This document shows positions 12,327 through 25,241 of a stretch of 64,000 nt of DNA, piece after piece. Under the pieces are notes generated by a model. The model saw only the letters and a list, made by a program, of their open reading frames with translations. It was not told the origin of the DNA and made no database searches. Made by a program: the position numbers and the translations under genes. The stretch comes from Phoronis australis (Eukaryota > Animalia > Phoronida). The DNA is taken from NCBI GenBank assembly GCA_002633005.1, contig NMRA01000452.1:158270-222269 (forward strand). Direction: 5' to 3'. Every line of letters starts with the position of its first letter. The first letter of the stretch is position 1.

Positions 12327-14514
12327 CGTTCTTAGTGTGGCTTTTCGATAATACAGCTGGTCTCTTTATTTTGTGTTGACATCAATAAGTTATGAATCTA
12401 TGAGGCAAAGAAAGATTATGGCTTAAGCGTTACTTAATAATTATCATCCGCTTTGCCAAGACATGTAAATCCAAAGCAGGGATTTCAATGCCTTCCTCCA
12501 TTAATGATTGTATCAAGGGAACAGTGTGTCTTGACTATAACTAGCTAAGTAAATTCTTTGGTCACTTTAAACCATGTCCTGGTATCAAAAAGGTCAACTC
12601 TCTTCGCAGGTGTCGATGTCAAATTTTTATCCTTTCATTTTGTATGGCGTCTGATAAAAATCTCAATTTGCCAGCGCAGTTCCAAACATGGGCTCAAAAT
12701 ACCACTGCAATGTAAACAGACAGGAGTCATTTGTTTGGGTAGAAATCTGAAGGGCCCATTCATGACTTGCTCAACCTGTGTGTCCTGGTTGCCTGCCCTT
12801 TGTAAGGTAGAAGGTCAGTCTATGTTGGATATTGGGTACGAGGGGAGTAATTAAGTATGACTCGTTGGTGAGCATGCAGTGTACTCCTAATGTCTGTTCC
12901 CTAAAGAAAGGGCGACTCCTGTGGTCTGGTGGACATTTGGTCAATTCACCAATTCTTAAATTCAGATTATATCCCGTTTTTTCTCTCCACTGTCGCCAGC
13001 TATGTGCAGCTGTTTGTGAGGGCCAGGAATTTCCTTGTTTTGGCGACTTCATTTTGCAAGGTTGTATTTGCCCAGTTGACGATCTAAGCATTTAGCCTAA
13101 AGCAAGGTTGTTTTTATTGAAGTTTAGAGTTAGTTGGTGCTTAATATAGGGATGAGATTGCAGATCAAGTACTATAAATTGTAATTATAGGAGCAACAAA
13201 CCCACTCTGGCAAAAAACAACTCTTGATTTATTGACTGAATATCTGTCTTTTCCTTTTCTTTACTTAATTTAGAAAAGATTTCTATGCTAGAGAAAAACT
13301 GAAAGTTCAGTATTGCTTGGAACCAATTGCATGCAGTTTGTTTGTCATGGCAAGTTAGATGGAGTTGCCGAAGCATTATGGCTCTATGGCCAATTCCTGA
13401 CGTTTTATGGAAATTAATTCAAGCAAAGGATAAGAGAGACAACGTTGCTTTGGAGGGGCAGATAGTCACTTGAAGAAAGTCATATTAGAGACAAGAGCAT
13501 AGCCTACAGCTGCATTTACTGTCTTGTGTGGGCCCTTTATGCGTCGATTTTAGAACACGATATCTCCACCTTCCCTTCAGAAAATATTTGAAAAGCTATT
13601 GGAATTTTGTTTGTCAAACCTAANNNNNNNNNNNNNNNNNNNNNNNNNNNNNNNNNNNNNNNNNNNNNNNNNNNNNNNNNNNNNNNNNNNNNNNNNNNNN
13701 NNNNNNNNNNNNNNNNNNNNNNNNNNNNNNNNNNNNNNNNNNNNNNNNNNNNNNNNNNNNNNNNNNNNNNNNNNNNNNNNNNNNNNNNNNNNNNNNNNNN
13801 NNNNNNNNNNNNNNNNNNNNNNNNNNNNNNNNNNNNNNNNNNNNNNNNNNNNNNNNNNNNNNNNNNNNNNNNNNNNNNNNNNNNNNNNNNNNNNNNNNNN
13901 NNNNNNNNNNNNNNNNNNNNNNNNNNNNNNNNNNNNNNNNNNNNNNNNNNNNNNNNNNNNNNNNNNNNNNNNNNNNNNNNNNNNNNNNNNNNNNNNNNNN
14001 NNNNNNNNNNNNNNNNNNNNNNNNNNNNNNNNNNNNNNNNNNNNNNNNNNNNNNNNNNNNNNNNNNNNNNNNNNNNNNNNNNNNNNNNNNNNNNNNNNNN
14101 NNNNNNNNNNNNNNNNNNNNNNNNNNNNNNNNNNNNNNNNNNNNNNNNNNNNNNNNNNNNNNNNNNNNNNNNNNNNNNNNNNNNNNNNNNNNNNNNNNNN
14201 NNNNNNNNNNNNNNNNNNNNNNNNNNNNNNNNNNNNNNNNNNNNNNNNNNNNNNNNNNNNNNNNNNNNNNNNNNNNNNNNNNNNNNNNNNNNNNNNNNNN
14301 NNNNNNNNNNNNNNNNNNNNNNNNNNNNNNNNNNNNNNNNNNNNNNNNNNNNNNNNNNNNNNNNNNNNNNNNNNNNNNNNNNNNNNNNNNNNNNNNNNNN
14401 NNNNNNNNNNNNNNNNNNNNNNNNNNNNNNNNNNNNNNNNNNNNNNNNNNNNNNNNNNNNNNNNNNNNNNNNNNNNNNNNNNNNNNNNNNNNNNNNNNNN
14501 NNNNNNNNNNNNNN

Positions 14515-15039
14515 ATGGTGAGATGAAGTGAAAAAATTTGATCAGGAATGGATTAGGACATGATAAGTGATTATGACATTGAGTGTACACTTTCAGGATT
14601 TTTCCAGGTGAGAGAGTGGCGAGGCAGTAAATTAAAAAAAGTACATTTTCTCATATTTTTGTCAAAAAAATAAAAAGTGTACACTCAGGGTTGAAAGCAG
14701 AATTTTGTAGCAAACAGTTTGATATAAATATCATTAAAATCGGTTCAGTAACGGCCATTTAACAGCTGAAAGTTTGACCCCTACTGAAAGTCACAAGAAT
14801 TTACCGGTGAGTGAAAAATTTGTGAAGTGCTCGCTTTACTTCAATTTTTAAAAATACTCATTAATGTCCAATTTATTTGTAATGGATATCATTAGAAAGA
14901 AGAAAAATTAAATATTTTACTGGCATACTTTTCATTTTCCACCACTTAGTATGCTTATAGATAGGAGCTTGTGAAAATCATGAAAAATGGCAAAATTTCG
15001 CTCTTGCTGAATTTCCGCCATATTGGTTTGCTCACCCTA
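14515..15039. mobile_element. Terminal part of a probable hAT-like insertion present only in copy B of block 1
   Basis: Ends ...gctcacccta (reverse TAGGGTGAGC) directly before cctctagt, where copy A has an uninterrupted cttctagt. The other end is lost in the gap. Confidence 0.5.
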
Positions 15040-16533
15040 CCTCTAGTCATGTTGATTCCAAATGTATTACTTGTACTGATTGGTCGATTATTATTCACAT
15101 TCACAATTTCCGATTTTTTCCAAAGTGTTCATTTGCAATGCGGATTTAGTGAGGCAGCCATTTTTAAAAGTGCGACACCAGTCGGCTGGATTAATAACTA
15201 ACGGTTAACCGCGAGATGTCAAGTGTTTTCGAACACGATATTTGTCCGCGAGAACACACACTCGTGTTTTTTCTAATAAGGTTTTGAAGAGGGAATCATT
15301 TATAAATGACTATTACTGTTTTTTACTCAGAGTTTCCCTAACATGCCATGCGGTATCTTCAACATACTAGCCAATTTTGGGGTCTTTTTGACACATGCAT
15401 GATCGTTGTAGTTATCATTCCTGCTGACAGGTGTCGCAGTTTTATAATGGCGGTCACTCGAGATCGACTGCCGCCAGTGAACACCTCGTTAAAACGGTGA
15501 ATGCATGAATAAAAAGATACCTAGTCGGTACGAGTAATACATTTTTGGAATCACCATGATCACCCTGACGAGGAATCAGAAAATATTAATATCAAGTATG
15601 TACGTTAATGGAGTTGGATTGTAAACAACTGGGCACTCTTTTATGAGCCAGTTACTTCCACCGATTAACACCAGGTTTGTTCTCATTTTCAGCCAGTTAT
15701 GACTTGATATGGTCCCCTGGTAGTTTACCTCTCGGCCTAACAATGGTATAACTGGTAGTGTCAAAATGTCCTGGTATGGAGCAGTAATGGATCAGTGGTG
15801 TCATTCAGTCAACTAAACTTAGGACAGGAATATTCAGAAAATCACTATATTAAAAAGGGCTACATTTGCCATGACATGGCCTGAATATAAGGCGATACTC
15901 AAACAAGCAATAAAAGTTGATACTGAAATATAAGGCCATAGTTTCATATTAGGTTATATAGTACCTATTAGAAAATCGGCAGTCGTCCATTTTATGCGTA
16001 AGTTACCTTTTTGTCATCAGTAGATTGGGTTGTTGACTTGCACTGCAATGTTTGAAGAACTGATTGGTGGATCACACAATCATTAATGTTAAACTGTTAA
16101 CAAACTTTTAAAGATTTAGCCATCAAATTTTAAACCTGCCAGAGAAGTCGATAACTCATATCCAGGTCACTACAAGTGATTTGTTCGAAATTTTCGCCAG
16201 CTGGCAGTGATTCGAAGTAATTCCCAACAATTGGGGTTGATGACTAAATGTTTGTTGAAATCTAGTTGACAGAAGACTTCTCTATAATTTATCAATCGGA
16301 ACGTAAATATCTGACCCTAAAATAGTCCTTTTTGTTGAGTTCATGGGCTGTCATTAAAACATTCCAGGACGTTTGCTTGGTGAGTCGCTGCTATGATTTT
16401 GTTCTGTCTACCAATTGCAATAACGAGGAAGTTGATTATTTTGATACTGACCAGCTTCCTCTCTTCTCGGTCCAGTAAAGTGCAGTAGTTCATGGGCCCA
16501 GATGTTATTTAAGTGTGATACATCTACATGTAG

Positions 16534-17336
16534 CAGTGTTCTCCACGGCCTGTTTTAACTCGACGCTGTAACGAGTTTGGATTTTGCCGCGTCGAGTTTG
16601 GAAAATGCGCGTCGAGTTTAGAAAGTGCTGCGTCAGGTTTGAACTTTTGTCCTGGCTTGGTATTTCAGCCCTCAACACTAAAGCAGTGCCAAATTAACCA
16701 AACTCAAGCCCATTGCAGAAATTTAGAGGCAGTCAACACTATATGTATAACTTCGTAAGATACTACAAGAGTTTAAATTTTAATTAACAAAATCTGCAAA
16801 AATCTTTAAATAACAAACATTTCATGGAGTCACCTAGCTTGCTTAATTAACTGACTAATCTACTTTGTCATTCTAACTTTAAAATTTTGCAAGTCAATCT
16901 GTAAAAAAGCAATTTAATTTGCTTAATAAAGACAATTTTGATTTTGACTGACATCTAGTGGCAAGTTAGAACTTTATGAGCTTATTAAACTTGACAACAG
17001 GTGTCACTAAAAACTAGGTCACATCAGAACTCATGTTAGTAGTACTTAATATGTCTAATTGATATTAAAATTGGCATTGGTATTATTAAAGGAACTTTTG
17101 ATCTTTTGTTTGCTGCTGTGGGTCTGTCAAATGCTTTGGAGGAATTATGAGATGCATTGGTAGGAAAGCTAAACTTTGAAGTGTCTAAAAAGTAGGTCAC
17201 ACCAGTGCAGTGTACAGTTTTAAATCATATATAAATACCTCCAGCATAACCATGCTTATGGTTGACTCGAGACAATGTCAGTAACTGACATTCAACATTT
17301 GCGTCGAGTTTGGAATTTATAATGTGGAGAACACTG
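16534..17336. mobile_element. hAT-like MITE with 6-bp target-site duplication
   Basis: Perfect 13-bp TIR cagtgttctccac / gtggagaacactg, flanked by atgtag on both sides, with subterminal gcgtcgagttt repeats. Absent from copy A. Confidence 0.85.
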
Positions 17337-20300
17337 ATGTAGGCGTAGTGGTCAAGTTTCTGTTTTGACTTTGGTGCTTTGGTGATGAAACTATACAGGG
17401 AGGAAGGTACTTTACAGCTATTCATAGGGTTTAGACTCACTGGGTCTGTTGATCCTGATTATGTCACTAAATATATTCGGTGCTCAATTAAAAATTTTCT
17501 CAACCTTTGAAATGGAGTTCGCACGCACGCATGCACGCACGCACACACACACACACGTTCTTAGTGTGGCTTTTCGATAATACAGCTGGTCTCTTTATTT
17601 TGTGTTGACATCAATAAGTTATGAATCTGTGAGGCAAAGAAAGATTATGGCTTAAGCGTTACTTAATAATTATCATCCGCTTTGCCAAGACATGTAAATC
17701 CAAAGCAGGAATTTCAATGCCTTCCTCCATTAATGATTGTATCAAGGGAACAGTGTGTCTTGACCTCAGTATAACTAGCTAAGTAAATTCTTTGGTCACT
17801 TTAAACCATGTCCTGGTATCAAAAAGGTCAACTCTCTTCGCAGGTGTCAATGTCAAATTTTTATCCTTTCATTTTGTATGGCGACTGGTAAAAATCTCAA
17901 TTTGCCAGCACAGTTCCAAACATGGGCTCAAAATACCACTGCAATGTAAACAGACAGGAGTCGGTTGTTTGGGTAAAAATTGGAAGGGCCCATTCATGAC
18001 TTGCTCAAACTGTGTGTCCTGGTTGCCTGCCCTTTGTAAGGTAGAAGGTGAGTCTATGCGGGATATTGGGTACGAGGGGAGTAATTAGTTATGACTCGTT
18101 GGTGAGCATGCAGTGTACTCCTGATGTCTGTTCCCTAAAGAAAGGGCGACTCCTGTGGTCTGGTGGACATTTGGTCAATTCACCAATTTTTAAATTCAGA
18201 TTATATCCCGTTTTTTCCTCTCCACTGTCGCCAGCTATGTGCAGCTGTTTGTGATGGCCAGGAATTTCCTTGTTTTGGTGACTTCATTTTGCAAGGTTGT
18301 ATTTGCCCAGTTGACGAGGTAAGCGTTTAGCCTAAAGCAAGGTTGTTTTTATTGAAGTTTAGAGTTTGTTGTTGCTTTATAAAGGGATGAGATTGCAGGT
18401 CAAGTACTATAAATTGTAATTATAGGAGCAACAAACCCATTCTGTCAAAAAACAACTCTTGATTTATTGACTGAATATGTCTTTTCCTTTTCTTTACTTA
18501 ATTTAGAAAAGATTCCTATGCTAGAGAAAAACTGAAAGTTCAGTATTGCTTGGAACCAATTGCATGCTGTTTGTTTGTCACGGCAAGTTAGATGGAGTTG
18601 CTGAAGCATTATGGCTCTATGGCTAATTCTTGACGTTTTATGGAAATTAATTTAAGCAAGGGATAGAGAGACAACGTTGCTTTGGAGGGGCAGATAGTCA
18701 CTTGAAGAAAGTCATATTAGAGACAAGAGCATAGTCTACAGCTGCATTTACTGTCTTGTGTGGGCCCTTTATGCGTCGATTTTAGAACACGATATCTCCA
18801 CCTTCCCTTCAGAAAATATTTGAAAAGCTATTGGAATTTTGTTTGTCAAACCTAAGAGGTGTGGACTTGGTGACAACAAGGATTTTCCCTTCAACCAAAA
18901 TCTTCTCACAGAAGGCAACTGACACTTTTTTCTCTCGTATGAGCGAGGGACTCCGTCACTATTTAAGCCATAACTTAAGGGTCAGAACATATTGGCTCCT
19001 AAGTCCTATTTGCACTGCATCGTCCAAAGCCATGTTGACGTAAATGTTGCCGAAGAGGAAAACAGTCTTTTTCTTGCTCAAATTTGCAAAATGTATTATG
19101 CATCGGACAGCAGCGAAGATCACTTGACACAGATTTGTATTTTTTTTGTATTTGCATTGTGCAGGACATTCTCCACCTAAAATGGTGACAAATTGAGACG
19201 TGTTTTGGTATACACAATACTTAACAGCAACTGGTTCTTTGTTGTGGCATTTATTCAAGGTGTAAACTGTAACTTAAGATTGTTGGGCGAAGAAATGAAG
19301 GTAATTTTTCAAGAAAAATACCCTTCAAGTGAAACGAGATGACCTCATGAAATTGTAACGCGATTCGTAAACTAATTTAATAAATTTTTATTTATGGAAA
19401 TTGTGCCCTGACAATGTGGTCACAAGAAGAGATTCAGTGACCTGGATCTTTGTTGTCGTTTCTGTGACAGCAATGAATTTAAATTTTGTTTCCATTCTAG
19501 CTAACTTTTCTAAGAAAAAGAGTTTTTGTGTAAGATGCAGTTCAATTTATTCACATTTGACTTAAAATCAAAATTCCATCTCAGTGGTTACTAGAGTCAT
19601 GACCATGAGAAGTGAAGACTGCTATGGGCACCACCTGGCCTGACATGCTGAGTACTATTGTTCTGTACTGCAGACTTATTGCAGCTATTCTGACCATGTT
19701 ATGAAATGACCTGCCTATCACTCTTGAGGCATCTTTACCCCCTGTGCAAGGCTTGGATTTGGCCATAAATTCATTACTAGAATATAGTGCAATCTTTCAC
19801 AAGGTTGTGCTTTTGCATTTGGAAGGTAAGTCACATTTCCTAGAACTGAGAGTATAGTGACTTAGTCTTCCAATAGCCTGTTCACAAAAGGTTAGAACAC
19901 TAGCATTTTCTCTCTAGCATTTTGGCCAGTAGTGAGGATGCCATTATAGCGAACGGTTATAAATGTCACTTTTGGTGACTTTCAGTTACAGTTCATTGTT
20001 TACGACAGGATGGTCGTGCTTTGATGTCAAGTGTTGCTTTGTATTATATGGGGCTGGTGAGGAAAGTACCAGTAAAAATTGACCCTCACCAACAACACGA
20101 AGCAAGAGGAGCGATTATCACAATATTGCACCTACCTGTTTAAATGGCTGGCTACAGTCAGTCATATGAGTTTCTATATTTTATGTAATACATTCTTCCA
20201 AAATAATGGATTATGTTTATCACAAGTCTGTTAATTGTTATATCTTACTACTTGTCATACTGAATGGGTTCACTATAAAGGTCTTGAGAATACATTTTCT

Positions 20301-22702
20301 CTCTCCTATGTCATGTTCGTTCACTGAACTTGCTGTTACTGTAATAGCAAATAGTCTCAGGTAATCAGGCTTAATCATTGAGTATATTTTCTAAGAAACC
20401 GATGAATGTGTTTATTGTGTATGATAAACATAGCGGTGAATGGTGTGAAGGGAAAATACAGTTGGCTACCTCATCCAACTGTGTGTGGCTGGTTCACTTT
20501 CTGGTCGTGGAGTTGGTTGCAAGTCATTTGACCGATATCACTTTTCTTTTATTGATTGTACCATCACTTACTGTGGCTAATGTGTGGTTTCTGTACTTTC
20601 TGAGAGGCTCCATGTCTTCGTCAAGGTAGTGCATTTGTTTCATTGATCTGTGCGAGGCATTTGAATACTATTTAGAATTGATCTTGTCGCTGTTTTCAGA
20701 AAAAAAATTAAGATATCCGCAATGACAATGGTGATGATGGCTCTGTTCATTTGCGTGTTGGAGTGGTTGTCATCCATCTGTACAGGTGCCACGGTTATTA
20801 CCCATCCCTGGCATCACCATGGTTACTTGGGCAGCTTGTTCTTGTGAAAAACGACAGTGCTGATCTAGCATTTTGGGTTTAAAGCTAGGGAGACGAATAT
20901 TGATCCAAAAGTAATTGTGACGGCTCATTATTGGTGTATGTTAGTTACCTCCTGCTGCTTGGTTTGTCAGTAACTGCTATGATTGTGGTTTGGAACATGT
21001 CTAAAACATGATGTTAAACTTGGACGAGGAGTTCATGCGAGATTGGGAATGGGTTTGTTTTGTTGTCATCTCGAAGTTCCCCTTGGTTGCAGTAAGGACA
21101 GGTGTTGCTAAATATGAGTCAATTGGCTCAGAGTTTCAAGGTCGTCTCATAACAACATAACTCCAACTAGAGAAGTATCATGGATGCTAAGTGCCAAGTT
21201 AGTCTAGTTGAACCCTTCAGGCCTGCTTCGGAGCTTGCAGATACGGATGTTATTGCAGTTTTACGAGTGAATCACGGAAAGTTATTGCAAGATGGCACTC
21301 CCGAAATCACCATGCCGGCGTATTTTTTTGTTAAGTTTGAAGTATATCTTTGGCCAGATGTTAAAAGTAAAACACTTATATTTGTGATGAATTAAACCAA
21401 CGACGTCCACAACTCATGCTTTTCTGACAACTCATGCAGATTACTGCGACGACCTAAAAAAATAACCGTTCATATCGCATCTAGGCTTTTTCTTGGCTTT
21501 CTATTGACCTACTGAACTACGAAGTTGACTTGCGCTCATAACTACAATCAAGGAGCAAAGCTAAGCATTCATGTTGACTGACACCCCATAACATTCTTGG
21601 TTTGATGCAAGCAATATAAGTGCTACTGGCAGTAACTGTCAACAAACCTTCCACAGATGTGTTCCATGCTTGTTGCAAATTGTTTACTCAGTGGCATGTG
21701 AGATGGTAAATTCTGATAAGTACCATTAAATCATGACAAGGTGTCCATGTCTGACCTAATTTTGATAGGACACTAACTTGACCCCATTTATTCAAGGATA
21801 GGCAGGGTTCCTTTTAGCAGCAGGAGACTGAAGCCTACCATACTTATTTTTGAGGAGCCTGGGCTTCTGTGCTACACTTTGTAGATCCACAAGTAAATAT
21901 TGTTACAGTGTTATCCATCACTTGGGAGGTCCACTTTGACAGTGGTTCATGAACAATCACATATATCAACTAAAAAGAGATTTATGTTTTCATTTATGTA
22001 CACTAAACTGCTAAGAGAGTTAATTTTTGCTTATCAAGTTTTATGTACTTTGAATTAGGAGAGCAATATTTCATGTGCTCTGGTTTTTGTGTTCTTACCT
22101 GCTTTGATGTACTGGCATCTGTTCACTTTGTGGTCTGGGTTTGTGATTTCTACAGTGGTCAGCTCAGGGGGTGTCAGTGTGTGAGAGTGACATCTGGTGT
22201 TTGGGTGACAACAAGAGGGCAGACCTATGTAGTAATGCGCAATATAGTCTGACTGCAGAGGAAGTTTCTGCAACCAAGTTTTCCGTGACTGAATTGCTCC
22301 ACTAATCTACTAAATTAGGAGTTCTTTCCGATCTCGCTTATTACCGAGTACCCCTTCTCGAGCTCCAAGGCTCTGCGCAGACCTGACTCCCTGAAGTAGA
22401 TACAATTCTGACACTGTCTGCTTACTTGTAGTATTTTTAGCATGTGATTGTGGTGTATGGTGATTTTGTATTTCTACCTGATTTCCAAACAAAACCTGTG
22501 GTCTGATTCTGACCTGCAGGTTGCCAAATCTAACCCTGCAGTTCTTTATTATTGGCGTGCTCCTGATAAGAAAGACATAAGGCTTAATTAAAAAAAAACC
22601 GCTGAGAACCTGCTTTGCGGTTTAATAGTAGTTTATCATATTTTTTATTCCTTGGAATGTGTGACTGATGTATTGTTTGCTTTTCATTCTGACAGTTAAT
22701 GT

Positions 22703-22976
22703 CTGTGTAAATGAGCTTGACAGTACAGTATTGCCTGTGTAAATGAGCTTGACAGTACAGTATTGCCTGTGTAAATGAGCTTGACAGTACAGTATTACCT
22801 GTGTAAATGAGTTTGACAGTACAGTATTGCCTGTGTAAATGAGCTTGACAGTACAGTATTACCTGTGTAAATGAGCTTGACAGTATAGTATTGCCTGTGT
22901 AAATGAGTTTGACAGTATAGTATTGCTTGTGTAAATGAGCTTGACGGTTCAGTATTGCCTGTGTAAATGAGCTTGC
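22703..22976. repeat. 32-bp minisatellite, about 8.5 copies
   Basis: Unit ctgtgtaaatgagcttgacagtacagtattgc. Confidence 0.97.
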
Positions 22977-24523
22977 AATGCTGCTCACCTGATGAGGTCA
23001 GTTACAATAAAGCTGGATATTGTCTTTTGTTTGTTGGATACTTACCAACAATCACCAACCTTGTCACTGTCTTATGACAACTGTAAAGCAGATGTATGTG
23101 CAGATGTGCTCTTTCTCAAAATGGTGGATCTCTGGCCATAAGTAGGTGAAAAGATCCAGACATGGTTACCTAATATGATACGAAATGATGATATGTCCTC
23201 TAGAGACTATACCACTATACAAACCCCAAGTCCCTTCCTTAGTCTTGATTACACCTCACTGCCATTCATTTGAGAGAACCCCCAGGCATGAAACTATTGT
23301 GATAAGATGTCTTTCATAACAGATGTCTTTATAAGGCCTGTCCACTTTCTCTTTGTTCTACAAATATTGGTCAGCAGTAGAGTCTCACAGTCACAGCTTA
23401 GCTTGGCATTTAGTAAGGCATCCATTTCAGTTGGACACATTACTGAATTATTTGGTCTTGTTTGCTGAATGATCTGAAATTAGAAGTAAATCGGTTAACA
23501 TTTACAGTAATGCTTGTATTGATCAAAGCTTGTGAGTTTCCACTGCAAACGCTTTTCTTGAGAGTGCAGGGCAAATGTTTCAATATTAATTTCCTCAGAT
23601 ATGTTGGAGTCGGTTGTTAAACTGTGATGCTGTATAAAATGAAAGAGTTTAATTTTTTCATTTTAAATGCTCGCGTTGCTCTCGTCGCCTGTCTGCAATT
23701 TTAAACTATCGAGACGTTGAAATGCACCCGTGCTTCTCTGAATGTCACACTGTTCTCATAAGGTGAAAATGCAAACATAATCGTGTTGGAAGTACGGGAA
23801 TGCCAACAAATATGGCGGAAGTGAGCTGCAGCTAACATTCCCTGTATTGCACACTTATTTGCATTGTTACTCAACTGACATTTATTCAGGTTCAATGAAT
23901 TGTGGTTAGTTGTTGGGTTAGCAAGAACAGACTTGAATGGGAAAAAAGACAAGTCTGGGTAGAAAGGGCTTTGAAAAATGTACTGTTTGATGTCAATCAT
24001 GCCATGATTTCTTGTATATTGATATGCTAATCAGTAAAGACAATGTTAAGAACAGTGATATCCCCAATAAAAATTCCAAGCACAAGGAAGTTTTCATTTG
24101 TTTTACATTGTGTGGGAGGTCTGACATTTCTTAACATTGGACAAGGGGTGAAATCTATATTTTCAAGTGTGTACAATAAATACGTGTTACCAGAGACTTG
24201 CTTTTCAGGGACACCAGTGAACAAAGCAGTGGTCTTATTTTAGCCACCTGTTGTAACTGCTAGCCTGCTAGGTAATGATGACATTTTTTACACAGAATCA
24301 AAGTTCCTTTCTGATACAAAACATGAACTCAACAGTCACAGATAAACTATCTGGTTGTACCCATAAAAATTATTTCATTCGATTTCTTTTGTAGTATTTG
24401 ACACCAGCATAGGTGTCTTCTTAACTCAATGTAGAACAAACATTGCACAGAGAATTTTGGAACACATTGGCCCATGACATGAGCCTCTTGAAAGGTTGTG
24501 CATTACACTCCACCCACTAGTGA

Positions 24524-24586
24524 TGTAATGTGGAATGTGTAATGTGGAATGTGTAATGTGTAATTTGGAATGTGTAATGTGGAATG
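24524..24586. repeat. Short tandem repeat (aatgtggaatgtgt-like unit)
   Basis: Seen directly. Confidence 0.85.
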
Positions 24587-25184
24587 ATGTTTGGCACTGC
24601 CGGGAGAAGACTGAAAAATAGCGATGTGTTTTTCTAAACTGGCCAACTGGTTAATTTTTCAAAAGACCACTGGCTAAATGTGTTGCGAGTGCTGCCAAAC
24701 ATGTCGCAGTGATGTGTAAACAGGTCGTGCAGAACAATGTGCCATGTGTAAACAGGTCGTGCAGAACAATGCGCCATGTCCTTTGCGAATTTTCGCTCTC
24801 AAAATGTATGTAATCGTTCACTTAAGAGAAATGTGTCAGAGTTTTAACAGCAGCTTGCCCTGTTTGGGTGGAAACATACCTAGACTCTGCTATGGTTTAG
24901 AATACTTGAAAACGGGAAGTATTAGGAATTCCTGCACAATTTGTATTGAGAAATAACGCCCTTTGATGTGGAACTGCTTCTTTAAAATTTTGACGTAGAA
25001 ATATTTGGTCAAAGTCATCGACCTGGAAACTGTGTCCATGGGTCCAAATGTTCTGCATTACCAAATTTTCAATAAGTGATGTCAGTTTTATGTCATCATC
25101 ATGGGTGATTTCTGACCAACTGGTGAGAAGTTGCAATAATGATTTACTTTCTTATCCACAGGGTGCGCTAGGATTGCCGTCCTC

Positions 25185-25241
25185 ATGACGTCGGACCGGG
25201 GGACTAGTGGGGAACCCGAACTTTACGTAAAGTCATCACCG
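25185..25241 (+). CDS. LARP4: LARP4-family probable start exon (exon 25162-25241), MTSDRGTSGEPELYVKSSP
   Basis: ttatccacag acceptor and CCG|gtgagt phase-0 donor, compatible with the exon at 43382. The MTSD start recalls vertebrate LARP4B. Confidence 0.65.

Larger units (their letters stand above)
10652..18855. repeat. Duplicated block 1: 10652-13623 vs 15040-18855, separated by N gap 13624-14514
   Basis: Colinear near-identical sequence with scattered substitutions and indels. Copy A ends exactly at the gap. Confidence 0.95.

Noticed and set aside
12558-13095. ORFs repeated at 17792-18254, suggesting conserved coding sequence
   Set aside because: The similarity is due to duplicated block 1; one frame is broken by an indel between the copies and there is no recognisable protein motif.
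13577-14590. Long ORFs of 300+ aa (and about 100-aa ORFs at 36033-36393)
   Set aside because: They are read-through of N gaps.
21382-21430. Box C/D snoRNA-like GTGATGA...CTGA
   Set aside because: Only 44 nt from box C to box D, a minimal terminal stem, no recognisable rRNA guide, and it overlaps a local 11-bp duplication.
22584-22988. 134-aa repetitive ORF and CRISPR-like periodicity
   Set aside because: A head-to-tail 32-bp minisatellite with no unique spacers and no cas genes, inside eukaryotic non-coding DNA.
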